From assembly GCA_003598025.1 (NCBI GenBank), contig QZKH01000003.1, forward strand, positions 106,048 through 170,047: 64,000 nucleotides of DNA, in the 5' to 3' direction. A model generated the notes under the pieces. It searched no databases, was not told the DNA's origin, and worked only from the letters and a program-made list of their open reading frames with translations. The stretch is from Candidatus Omnitrophota bacterium (GTDB taxonomy: Bacteria > Omnitrophota > Gorgyraeia > Gygaellales > Profunditerraquicolaceae). Positions 7,864 through 16,894 of the stretch are shown here, piece by piece; position 1 is the first letter of the stretch; every line of letters starts with the position of its first letter. A program made the translations under genes and the position numbers.

Positions 7864-8652
7864 ATGGGCAAAATCACCGAAGCATTAAAAAAAGCAGCGC
7901 AGGAACGCCTTGCCAGGATTGAAAAATTAGATAACCGGGAAGAGGTAAAATTTGAATTTATCGCAAAGAAACAGGTAGATTCCAAGATTGACCCCCGTAT
8001 TGTTACTTTCCATGACCCAAAATCATCGGTTTCAGAGCAATATAAAATGCTAAGGACAAACTTAGCTGCTTTAGGGACTAAAAAGCCGGTAAAGGTCATG
8101 ACTATTACGAGTTCCACTCATAGTGAAGGTAAGACCATAACAGCTATTAACCTTGCCATATCAATGGCGCACGATTTAAACAATAAGAATATCCTTCTTG
8201 TCGATGCAGATATGCGCAGGGCGCGTATTACGAGATATTTGGGTGTCGCTTCTGAGAGCGGGTTATCCGATATACTAAATGATGGCGCTAATATTGACCA
8301 GGCCTTGCTTAATATAGGTATAAATAACCTTACAATTTTACCTTCCGGTAAAATCCCCCATAACCCTGCTGAGCTTTTAGGCTCAGGGAAATTCAAGAAT
8401 CTTGTTGCAGCGCTTAAGAATAAATATGACTATGTGATTTTCGATACCCCGCCAATAATCTCTGTTACAGACGCAGGCATACTTGGAGCCCAGACTGATG
8501 GCGTTATTATGGTTATTCAGGCAAACAGGACTCAAAAGGGCGTAGTCAAGCATGCCGAAACCCTCCTGAGGCAGGCAGAGGCAAAGCTCCTTGGTTACAT
8601 TCTTACTAATATCCAGTACCACATCCCGGCGTACATATATAGATACCTATGA
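7864..8652 (+). CDS. BY-kinase (CpsD/CapB-type cytoplasmic tyrosine autokinase, PEP-CTERM locus)
   Basis: Walker A 'SSTHSEGKTITAINLA', Walker B 'ILLVDADMRR', and a Tyr-rich C-terminal tail 'YHIPAYIYRYL'. Confidence 0.8.
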   Translation: MGKITEALKKAAQERLARIEKLDNREEVKFEFIAKKQVDSKIDPRIVTFHDPKSSVSEQYKMLRTNLAALGTKKPVKVMTITSSTHSEGKTITAINLAISMAHDLNNKNILLVDADMRRARITRYLGVASESGLSDILNDGANIDQALLNIGINNLTILPSGKIPHNPAELLGSGKFKNLVAALKNKYDYVIFDTPPIISVTDAGILGAQTDGVIMVIQANRTQKGVVKHAETLLRQAEAKLLGYILTNIQYHIPAYIYRYL

Positions 8653-8706
8653 TGATTCGGACAGCGTATAGGGTATAGCGTATAGCGGATAGGGTATAGG
8701 TTAATT
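8650..8706. repeat. mosaic repeat, module C in reverse orientation (gcgtatag runs)
   Basis: cagcgtatagggtatagcgtatagcggatagggtatagg. Confidence 0.7.
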
Positions 8707-9066
8707 ATGAATGATAAAATAAGGACATTTAGAGATTTAAAGGTTTGGCAAAAAGGTATAGATCTAGTAAAGGAGATATATAGTATTTCTAATAGTTTTC
8801 CTAAGGAGGAGCAATTTGGATTAACTAACCAGATGAGAAGGGCTGCTGTTTCTATACCGGCAAATATTGCTGAAGGATTCAGGAGGGCGCACGCAAAAGA
8901 GCATAAGCAATTCTTGAACATAGCGCTAGGTTCATGCGCTGAATTAGAGACACATGTAATTATTGCTAGAGAATTAGGTTATATTGAAGAAGAGATACAT
9001 AATTATTTGCTTGAGATTTTGGATCATATTTGTGCAATGACAGTTAATCTTAGCAAGCGCATTTAA
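8707..9066 (+). CDS. four-helix-bundle protein (23S rRNA intervening-sequence protein family, TIGR02436-like)
   Basis: 'FRDLKVWQKGIDLVKEIY...FGLTNQMRRAAVSIPANIAEG' is characteristic of the family. Confidence 0.8.
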   Translation: MNDKIRTFRDLKVWQKGIDLVKEIYSISNSFPKEEQFGLTNQMRRAAVSIPANIAEGFRRAHAKEHKQFLNIALGSCAELETHVIIARELGYIEEEIHNYLLEILDHICAMTVNLSKRI

Positions 9067-9169
9067 CGCGTCTCAATACGCCGTACTCAATACGCAATAC
9101 TCTATACGCTAAACGCTATACGCCGTACGCTATACGCCGTACGCACAACGCAATACGAAAACAAGGAGA
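9060..9169. repeat. mosaic repeat (module C) ending in the shared 23-nt leader aacgcaatacgaaaacaaggaga
   Basis: caatacgc/ctatacgc/ccgtacgc heptamer-like runs. The last 23 nt are identical to 7833-7855. Confidence 0.8.
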
Positions 9170-9176
9170 TTAGACC

Positions 9177-10166
9177 ATGAATTTTTTAGTTACTGGGGGA
9201 GCGGGTTTCATTGGATCGCATATAGTAGCAAAATTGCTTAAAGATGGGCATTTTGTGAGAGTATTAGATAACTTTTTCTCAGGAAAGAGGGAAAATTTAT
9301 CTTTTGCCACAAATAATGAACAATCAACCATGAACTTTGAACTAATAGAAGGCGACATCAGGGACAAGGATACCTGCAAGAAAGCCTGTTCCGGAATGGA
9401 TTACGTACTTCATCAGGCAGCGCTTCGCTCTGTGCCTAAATCCATGAAAGACCCGCAAAGCTATAATGAAGTTAATATTAACGGCGTTCTTTTTATGCTC
9501 AAGGCAGCTGCAGAAGCAAAGGTAAAGCGTTTTGTATTTGCCTCTTCAAGCTCGGTATACGGAGATGTCGATAAATTCCCCCAAAAAGAGGATTTTCTTC
9601 CGCAACCGATCTCACCTTATGCTTTAAGCAAGCTTACCGGAGAGCATTACTGCCACATATTTTCAGAGCATTTTGGCCTTGAGACTGTTGCCTTAAGGTA
9701 TTTTAACGTATTTGGCCCGCGCCAGGCATTAGATGATGAATATGCTGTTGTTATACCGAAATTCATACACAGCATTTTAAATGATAAGAATCCGCCGATT
9801 TTTGGTACGGGGAAACAATCACGCGACTTCACTTTTATTGACAACGTTGTTCAGGCTAATATTCTTTCGGCTACCGCTCCTTTAAGTTGCGGGCTGTCAA
9901 CCGGAGATTGTGTTCCTATAGCCCACAGGGTTTTCAATGTAGCAAATGGTAAAGATCATTCTGTTTTGGAATTAGTTGAATCCTTAAACAAGATTATCGG
10001 CAAAAACATAAAGCCGGAATTTCTTCCTAAAAGAGCGGGGGATGTCTTTAGGACTTGCGCGGATATTTCAAGGATCAAGAATGATATAAAATTCCAGCCA
10101 AAGATAGGTTTTGAAGAAGGGTTGAAGATTACGGTGGAGTATTTTAAGGAGATTTATAAGAAATAA
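9177..10166 (+). CDS. NAD-dependent epimerase/dehydratase (UDP-sugar 4-epimerase, WbpP/GalE-like)
   Basis: GGAGFIGSH Rossmann motif, YALSK catalytic YxxxK, C-terminal epimerase fold. It carries an in-frame module-A insert at 9325-9348. Confidence 0.85.
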   Translation: MNFLVTGGAGFIGSHIVAKLLKDGHFVRVLDNFFSGKRENLSFATNNEQSTMNFELIEGDIRDKDTCKKACSGMDYVLHQAALRSVPKSMKDPQSYNEVNINGVLFMLKAAAEAKVKRFVFASSSSVYGDVDKFPQKEDFLPQPISPYALSKLTGEHYCHIFSEHFGLETVALRYFNVFGPRQALDDEYAVVIPKFIHSILNDKNPPIFGTGKQSRDFTFIDNVVQANILSATAPLSCGLSTGDCVPIAHRVFNVANGKDHSVLELVESLNKIIGKNIKPEFLPKRAGDVFRTCADISRIKNDIKFQPKIGFEEGLKITVEYFKEIYKK

Positions 10167-10335
10167 TGAGCTTTCAGTCGTCAGCTGTCAGCTTTCAGCT
10201 GTGGACCGAAAGCTGTAGCTTGCCGTGGTCCGTGGTCTGTCGACTATGGACTAGTTTAGCTTTCAGCTGATTTGTGAACCATGAACCATGAACCATGAAC
10301 TGATAGATACGCTATACGCAATACATTAATGGAGG
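10167..10335. repeat. mosaic repeat element (modules B-G-A-C)
   Basis: gctttcagtcgtcagctgtcagctttcagct; ccgtggtccgtggtctgtcgac; gtgaaccatgaaccatgaaccatgaac; acgctatacgcaatac. Confidence 0.8.
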
Positions 10336-10342
10336 TACAAGA

Positions 10343-10855
10343 ATGAGTAAAACAATAGATTTACTAAATCAAATATCAAAATCAAGATATACCCAAGGAT
10401 TATCTAAGGTTACCAATGAGCTAAAAATTGGTTCAGCCAGGAATAATATAGTTTCAAACAGGAAATCTCGTATTCCGCTTACTTGGATGTTAGGTATGGG
10501 AGTTGCTACAATCATCCTGCTTAATTTTATTTTCACCATGAAACTATTTTTTATCGTAAAGAATTATAGTTCAAATAGCGCTGAAGTCATTGTTAAACTT
10601 AATGAAATTGATAAAATCTCACAAAAGAATACTCAAAAACTTGAAAAATATTCTTCCGATGTTTCAAAAATCAGCTCAGTAATCGGAGTTGTAGATACCA
10701 AGATAAAAGATAGTAATTTGCGCATTGCCGAGCTTCAAAAACAGCTTGAATCCCAGAAATTCGCCATAGAGAACCTTACTAAAGCCAAGGATACATTGTT
10801 TAATAAGGTAAGTGAGCTTGAGGCAGGAACAACTAAGGCAAAAAACAGGAGATAA
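10343..10855 (+). CDS. membrane-anchored coiled-coil protein
   Basis: TM helix (WMLGMGVATIILLNFIFTM) followed by a predicted coiled coil. Confidence 0.45.
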   Translation: MSKTIDLLNQISKSRYTQGLSKVTNELKIGSARNNIVSNRKSRIPLTWMLGMGVATIILLNFIFTMKLFFIVKNYSSNSAEVIVKLNEIDKISQKNTQKLEKYSSDVSKISSVIGVVDTKIKDSNLRIAELQKQLESQKFAIENLTKAKDTLFNKVSELEAGTTKAKNRR

Positions 10856-10859
10856 TTTG

Positions 10860-11636
10860 ATGTTTGGTGATCTGATAAAATACCGTGATCTTTTATTTAT
10901 GCTAACCCTAAGAGACATTAAGATCAGGTATAAGCAGGCTGTTATGGGCTTCTTTTGGGCGATCTTTATGCCTATTATGGCTGTTTTAGCCGGCGTTTTG
11001 GTAAAAAAAGCCATAGCTGTGGTTTCAGGAAAGCCTATGGATTTTGCAGGGGTCATATCTATATCTGTTAAGGTCCTGCCATGGACATTCTTTATTAGCT
11101 CAATAAGATTTGCGGTCCAGAGCCTTGTCGGTAACGCCAACCTGGTTACAAAGGTCTATTTTCCCAAAGAAGTCTTACCCTTATCATCTACGATAGCCTG
11201 CCTGTTTGATTTCTTAATTGCCGGGCTTGCATTAAGCGTCATGCTTGTTTTTGTTAAAGTCGGGGTAAGCATTCATCTTTTCTGGCTTCCAGTGATTATA
11301 TTATTTCTCGTTTTATTTACTGCCGGGCTCAGTTTACTGCTGTCTTCGGCAAATCTTTTCTTTAGGGATGTTAAATACGTAGTAGAGGTTATACTCATGT
11401 TTGGTATATTCTTTACCCCGGTTTTTTACGAAGCAAGCATATTCGGCAAATGGAAGGCGCTATTACTATTAAATCCTGTGGGCAGCCTGCTTGAATCGAT
11501 TAATAAAGTAGTAGTCCTTCATCAAACGCCGGACGCACCATGGCTAATTTATGCTGGCGCTACCTCTTTGTTGACTTTCTTTATTGGTATGATGATATTC
11601 CAGAAAAACGAACCCTATTTTGCGGAAAACATATAA
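10860..11636 (+). CDS. wzm: ABC-2 type polysaccharide exporter permease (Wzm/TagG/KpsM-like)
   Basis: 'MFGDLIKYRDLLFMLTLRDIKIRYKQAVMGFFWAI' is a canonical ABC-2 N-terminus, followed by six TM helices. The ATG at 10860 follows RBS aggaga. Confidence 0.8.
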   Translation: MFGDLIKYRDLLFMLTLRDIKIRYKQAVMGFFWAIFMPIMAVLAGVLVKKAIAVVSGKPMDFAGVISISVKVLPWTFFISSIRFAVQSLVGNANLVTKVYFPKEVLPLSSTIACLFDFLIAGLALSVMLVFVKVGVSIHLFWLPVIILFLVLFTAGLSLLLSSANLFFRDVKYVVEVILMFGIFFTPVFYEASIFGKWKALLLLNPVGSLLESINKVVVLHQTPDAPWLIYAGATSLLTFFIGMMIFQKNEPYFAENI

Positions 11637-12853
11637 TGAAAAATGCAATAGAATTTAACAATATTTGGAAAAAATTTAAACGCGGTGAAAAATTTAACTC
11701 TTTGAGAGATGCTATTCCTAATTTCTTCAGGAAAAAGATAGAGCTTGAAGCAGGAGAGTTTTGGGCGCTTAAAGATGTAAGTTTTGAGATTGAGAAAGGA
11801 GAAGTGTTGGGGATAATCGGTCCTAATGGAGCGGGAAAAAGCACTATTTTGAAGCTGCTTTCAGGCATAATAATACCTAATAAAGGCACTATGTCCATAA
11901 ACGGGAGGTTAGCTGCTTTAATTGAGGTAGGTGCAGGTTTCCACAATGACTTAACCGGAAGAGAAAATATTTATTTAAATGGCACTATACTTGGCATGAC
12001 AAGAAAAGAGATTGATTCAAAATTTGACCGTATAGTTGAATTTTCAGGGTTAAGCGAGTTTATTGACACTCCGGTTAAAAGATATTCTTCAGGAATGTAT
12101 TCCAGGCTGGGGTTTTCTGTTGCAGCACATATGGACCCGGATATCCTGCTTGTTGATGAGGTGCTTTCAGTAGGAGATATGGCTTTTCAGGCAAGATGTG
12201 CTGAGAAGATGAGAGAGCTGTTGGGTTCAGGGGCAACCATTATTCTAATATCTCACAATTTGCCTTTAGTGCAGAATATGTGCAAAAAGGTAATTTTGCT
12301 GCATAAAGGCCAGATATTAAACGAAGGCCATACCAATGATGTAATCCCGCTTTATGAAAAGATAGTTTATAGCCAGAGAGAAGAAGAAGTAAAGAAAGAG
12401 GCATCTAAGCTTGATTATAAAGTAAAAGTCCGCGAGGATTCTCTTGTATCAATAGATGAAGTCGCTATCTATGACGGTGCGTCTAATAAGAAGGACATCT
12501 TTTCAATAAATGAACATATTAATTTACAGGTATTACTTGGAACCAAAAAGAAAATAGAAAGACCTGTAGTTTCTGTAGAGATTGTCCGCGCTGATGGAGT
12601 TATTTGCTGCGCAACTAACACCAAGCAGGACAAATTTGATTTAGGTAATATTGACGGTAAGAAAACAATAGAAATCGGCTTGGGAGATATAAATCTATTA
12701 CCCGGGGTATATGTTTTACGGTTAGCTGTATGGGATAAGGATATGCTGCATCCATTTTGTGTAAGAAAGCAGGATATCCTTAAGATAGAGGGCGCATCTC
12801 TGTCAGCTACTAAAGGGATATTTAACCTAAAGGTAAAATGGAAGTTGTATTAG
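11636..12853 (+). CDS. wzt: ABC transporter ATP-binding protein with C-terminal glycan-binding domain (Wzt/TagH-like)
   Basis: GPNGAGKST Walker A, LSGGM signature-like 'YSSGMYSRL', DEVLSVGD Walker B, and an extra 150-aa C-terminal domain. The ATG overlaps the wzm stop (taATG). Confidence 0.85.
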   Translation: MKNAIEFNNIWKKFKRGEKFNSLRDAIPNFFRKKIELEAGEFWALKDVSFEIEKGEVLGIIGPNGAGKSTILKLLSGIIIPNKGTMSINGRLAALIEVGAGFHNDLTGRENIYLNGTILGMTRKEIDSKFDRIVEFSGLSEFIDTPVKRYSSGMYSRLGFSVAAHMDPDILLVDEVLSVGDMAFQARCAEKMRELLGSGATIILISHNLPLVQNMCKKVILLHKGQILNEGHTNDVIPLYEKIVYSQREEEVKKEASKLDYKVKVREDSLVSIDEVAIYDGASNKKDIFSINEHINLQVLLGTKKKIERPVVSVEIVRADGVICCATNTKQDKFDLGNIDGKKTIEIGLGDINLLPGVYVLRLAVWDKDMLHPFCVRKQDILKIEGASLSATKGIFNLKVKWKLY

Positions 12854-12908
12854 TAAATGGTTATGGTTACGCTAATACTTCTTTAACATTGACTTTTAAC
12901 GGTGTTTT

Positions 12909-14753
12909 ATGAGTAGAATTTGTGGCGTAATATCATCAAATCTTATGGAGGAAACCAGTAGGTCTATTGTAAGCAGTATGAATAAGCTTATGCAACATGA
13001 AAGTTGGCATAGAATTGATGAATGGGTTAATCATTCAGTCGGATTGGGGCATATTAGTATAGAAGCAGTTAATGAGGAAATACAACCAATCTTTAATGAG
13101 GATCGGACTAAGGCAATAATATTTGCAGGGAAGATATTTGCCTACGAGGAAGATAAGAAATATTTGATTGATAGGGGACATAAATTTATTTATTTTGATA
13201 ATGACGCTGAATTTATTTTACACCTATATGAAGAATATGGAGTATCGAAATTTAGGATGTTAAATGGGATTTTTAGTTTTTTTATTTGGGATAATTTACG
13301 AAAAAAAGCAATTTTAGTTAATGATAGATACGGAATGAGGCCTATTTATTATATGAATGACAGAAATAAAAAGATTCTACTGTTTAGTTCTGAGCTAAAG
13401 GCTATATCAAAACAGCGTACCTTTGAGAAGAAGATCGATTGGGAAGCGTGGAATATATTTTTTAGGCTAGGTTTCTTAACAGGCGAAGACACATTTTATA
13501 AAAATATTAAAGTCCTTCCTAGTGGGTCGGTGCTTTATTTTTATGAGGATAATCTTAGCATCGAAAATTATTGGTCTTATAATGATATTTCTGTAGCTGC
13601 TAATCAGAATTTATCAACCTACATAGATGACGTAACCTTTTTGTTCAAACAATCAATGAAACGCAGATTACTACCGGAAAAGAAAATTGCTTTATTTCTT
13701 AGTGGAGGGCTTGATTCGCGTGGTATAGCCATAGAGTTAAAAAATAATAAAATACCATTTGAGACTTTTACTACAAGCAAATTTACTAGTCTCGATAGAG
13801 ATAAAAATCTCGCTAGTCTTATTGCTCAAAAGATGAATGTAAAGAATCATTTCCAGGAGTTACCGGATAGCTTTTTGGATGATATAGAATGGCGTAAAAA
13901 CTATTTACTTGATTACGAAAGTGATGAGCATGGTTGGATTTTGCCATTATTGAATCAGGTTCCTTTAGATTTCAAGATTAATTACGATGGGATAGCTCAA
14001 GATACTATTTGTGATTCTCTCTTATTTCGTGATGAAAATTATATATATCTGGACATGCTAGAGTCCAAAAAATACGAAGATTTTATATATTTCTGGGTAT
14101 ATCAAAAACAATTTAAATTTGTAAAATGGTCTAAAAATGACAATAATAATTTTAATTTTTTTTGCCCTAATATTAGAAAATTTTTCTCAGATGAAATATT
14201 CTTCGACAATCTTGAAAAGCATTTAATTAAGTATGAAGGTAGTCCAAATCAATTTATTTTTTTTCAATTGGATAATAGAACAAGAAGGGAAATTTCGTTA
14301 GCCCCATTCCAGTTAATAGTTAATAAATTAGAGAGTTTTTGCCCATATTTAGATAATGACTATTTTGAATATATTATTTCATTGCCACGTTTTACCAAGC
14401 GAAATCAAACATTAAGAAGCAAACTTATAAATGAATTAAATCCTAATTTTTGCGGGTATAATGAAAGCAATTATATTAGTAAATATAGCGATGTTTATAA
14501 AAAGAAATTAAAGTTTCTTGTTTCTATTGAAAAAACACTTCTCAAAAATAGTTTTTTTGATTTGAATAATTCTAATTTTCTTCTAAGAAAATTTTTATCG
14601 GATTACTTACTGATGAAGATGGGTTTGTTGATGGAAAGTATTGAAAAAGATTTGTATTTAAAAAGTAGCTTTAATTTAATTTTTCCACTTTATTTCTTTA
14701 ACAAATGGTTAGCTAATGAAGGGTTTGGTAAGGATGATATATTGATAAGCTAA
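12909..14753 (+). CDS. asparagine synthase (glutamine-hydrolysing)-like amidotransferase
   Basis: AsnB-like layout with an N-terminal Cys region 'SRICGVIS', a central 'LSGGLDSR' PP-loop and 614 aa. It lies in a very AT-rich cassette. Confidence 0.7.
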   Translation: MSRICGVISSNLMEETSRSIVSSMNKLMQHESWHRIDEWVNHSVGLGHISIEAVNEEIQPIFNEDRTKAIIFAGKIFAYEEDKKYLIDRGHKFIYFDNDAEFILHLYEEYGVSKFRMLNGIFSFFIWDNLRKKAILVNDRYGMRPIYYMNDRNKKILLFSSELKAISKQRTFEKKIDWEAWNIFFRLGFLTGEDTFYKNIKVLPSGSVLYFYEDNLSIENYWSYNDISVAANQNLSTYIDDVTFLFKQSMKRRLLPEKKIALFLSGGLDSRGIAIELKNNKIPFETFTTSKFTSLDRDKNLASLIAQKMNVKNHFQELPDSFLDDIEWRKNYLLDYESDEHGWILPLLNQVPLDFKINYDGIAQDTICDSLLFRDENYIYLDMLESKKYEDFIYFWVYQKQFKFVKWSKNDNNNFNFFCPNIRKFFSDEIFFDNLEKHLIKYEGSPNQFIFFQLDNRTRREISLAPFQLIVNKLESFCPYLDNDYFEYIISLPRFTKRNQTLRSKLINELNPNFCGYNESNYISKYSDVYKKKLKFLVSIEKTLLKNSFFDLNNSNFLLRKFLSDYLLMKMGLLMESIEKDLYLKSSFNLIFPLYFFNKWLANEGFGKDDILIS

Positions 14754-14798
14754 ACGCTAAATTAAAGTTGCTTATATTTATTACTTTACCTCTACTTT

Positions 14799-15698
14799 AT
14801 GAATTATTCATTTATTTCAATAGTTATTGCTGCTTTTAATGAAGAAGATAATATCCCTAGTCTGATTGATTCACTATTGGCTTTAGATTATCCTAAGAAG
14901 AATTTTGAGATAATTATTGTTGATAATAATTCAAAAGATAATACTTATAATATTTTATCTAAGTATCCTACTATAAAAACATTAAAACAAATAAAAAAGG
15001 GAAAACCAGCAGCTATTAATTTAGGGATATTATCATCAAATGGAGAAATTATAGCTAATACAGATGCAGACTGTATAGTTGATAAACACTGGTTGCTAAA
15101 TATTAACAAATCATTTGAGGATAAAGCTATAGGGATTGTCGCTGGTCCTATAAAGAAAGCATGTCCGAGAAACATGTTGGAGAAATCATATTCCTTACGT
15201 GACGAAGACTTTAAGGTGACTATGAATCTAATTAAATTTCAAGGAGGGGCTAATTTGAGTTTCCGAAGAGATGTTTTGAATATGGTGGGTTTCTTTGATG
15301 AAACATTACTAAGAGGGCAAGACCTAGAGATATGTGAGAGAGTGCAGCTAAAGACGTCTTATAAATTTAAATATTTTGATGATGTTATTGTTTACACTAG
15401 ATATCCACATACCATTAAAAGATTGCTTCAGACATCGATAGGAGATGCCTTTGGGAAAGAGTTACTAGATAAAATGAATAATAAAAGTCATAATATTGCA
15501 TTACACGTTATTAAATTATTCGAAGAGATTATATATTCAATTATTCAAATATTCGCTAAGTTTTTTAGTAAAAATAAAGAAAACAAAATCGAGAGCTATT
15601 ATAAAGATCTATATGAAATTATTCGATCCTTTGGGAGATTTTTTGGCCATTTGAGAGGTCACTATTATTTTTTAAAAAATATTTTTTTTAAAAATTAA
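14799..15698 (+). CDS. family 2 glycosyltransferase
   Basis: 'ISIVIAAFNEEDNIPSLIDSLLALDYP...EIIIVDNNSKDNT' GT2 signature and a DxD-type 'TDADC'. Confidence 0.75.
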   Translation: MNYSFISIVIAAFNEEDNIPSLIDSLLALDYPKKNFEIIIVDNNSKDNTYNILSKYPTIKTLKQIKKGKPAAINLGILSSNGEIIANTDADCIVDKHWLLNINKSFEDKAIGIVAGPIKKACPRNMLEKSYSLRDEDFKVTMNLIKFQGGANLSFRRDVLNMVGFFDETLLRGQDLEICERVQLKTSYKFKYFDDVIVYTRYPHTIKRLLQTSIGDAFGKELLDKMNNKSHNIALHVIKLFEEIIYSIIQIFAKFFSKNKENKIESYYKDLYEIIRSFGRFFGHLRGHYYFLKNIFFKN

Positions 15699-15706
15699 CG
15701 AATTCT

Positions 15707-16894
15707 ATGAATATATGTTTAGTTTCACGAGAATATCCTCCAGAGCAGGGTGGTGGTATATCTACATACATATATAATCTTGCGCATGGATTACAAGCTT
15801 TAGGTTACAAGGTATTTGTAGTATCCTCAACAGAAAATGAGAGTATTTCTTTTGAAGATAGGGGCGTTATTATATATAGAATTAAAAGGCCATATTTAAA
15901 ATTCCTAAGTTTCCTTGAAGATATTTTCCCTTTAAGAGCCTTTCTTTATAGCATTGATGTTGCGAAGAAAATAAGATATCTTGAGTTATCAGAGAATATT
16001 GACTTGATTGAATTTCAGAATTGGTATGCCGAAGGTTTTTGGTATTTGTTATTTAAACATACTCGCCCTGTTGTTATCCGATTGCATACACCATATTTTG
16101 AAATTTTACGAATAAAGAACCTTATTCCTAGGATAAAGGACAGGCTTATATGTTGGTTAGAAAAAACAGCTGTTAAAAAAAGTGATTTTATTACAACTTC
16201 TACTGTTTTCCATAAAACATTTATGTCTAATGAATATAATATAGAACCTGATAAGATAAAGGTGATACCTCTAGGTGTAGATGTTGAATCAAACGATGAA
16301 TCAAACGATGAATCAAACGATACGTATTTTAATCCTGGAGATGATAAATTTAATGTGTTATTTTTAGGAAGGCTTGAAAAGAGGAAAGGTATAGATGTGT
16401 TGTTAGAGGCGATACCTTATGTTATTGGGCAGAAGCAAGAGATTAATTTTTACCTTGTAGGTATAGATAAGAATGAATATTTTGAGAAAGAATTTAAGAA
16501 GAGATATTCTAATCGATATGAAAATAGTGTGCATTTTATTGGATATGTAGGTAAACCTCAAAAAGAAAACTTTCTTAGAAAGTGCGATTTATTCGTTGCT
16601 CCTTCTTTGTACGAATCGTTTGGTTTTGTTTATATCGAGGCAATGAGATATGGCAGACCTGTTATTGGTTGTAACGGTATTTCGGCCCAAGAGATTATCG
16701 AGCATAACAAGAGCGGTTTTTTGATTCCCCCTAACAATGTGGAAGCTCTTGCTAAAATAATACTTGAGTTATTCGATGATAAGGTTAAGAGGGAAAAGGT
16801 TGGAATGGAGGCACGTGCCAAAGTTAAGTTACAATATTCAAGAGAAAAAATGGCTGAAGCAACAGCCACTTTTTATACTTCTATATTCAAATGA
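15707..16894 (+). CDS. family 4 glycosyltransferase (GT4, Glycos_transf_1)
   Basis: C-terminal EX7E-type motif 'ESFGFVYIEAMRYGRPVIG'. It contains an (ESND)x3 tandem repeat. Confidence 0.8.
   Translation: MNICLVSREYPPEQGGGISTYIYNLAHGLQALGYKVFVVSSTENESISFEDRGVIIYRIKRPYLKFLSFLEDIFPLRAFLYSIDVAKKIRYLELSENIDLIEFQNWYAEGFWYLLFKHTRPVVIRLHTPYFEILRIKNLIPRIKDRLICWLEKTAVKKSDFITTSTVFHKTFMSNEYNIEPDKIKVIPLGVDVESNDESNDESNDTYFNPGDDKFNVLFLGRLEKRKGIDVLLEAIPYVIGQKQEINFYLVGIDKNEYFEKEFKKRYSNRYENSVHFIGYVGKPQKENFLRKCDLFVAPSLYESFGFVYIEAMRYGRPVIGCNGISAQEIIEHNKSGFLIPPNNVEALAKIILELFDDKVKREKVGMEARAKVKLQYSREKMAEATATFYTSIFK
16286..16321 (+). repeat. 12-nt tandem repeat x3 (gaatcaaacgat) encoding ESNDESNDESND inside the GT4 gene
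   Basis: perfect direct triplication visible in the sequence. Confidence 0.8.
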
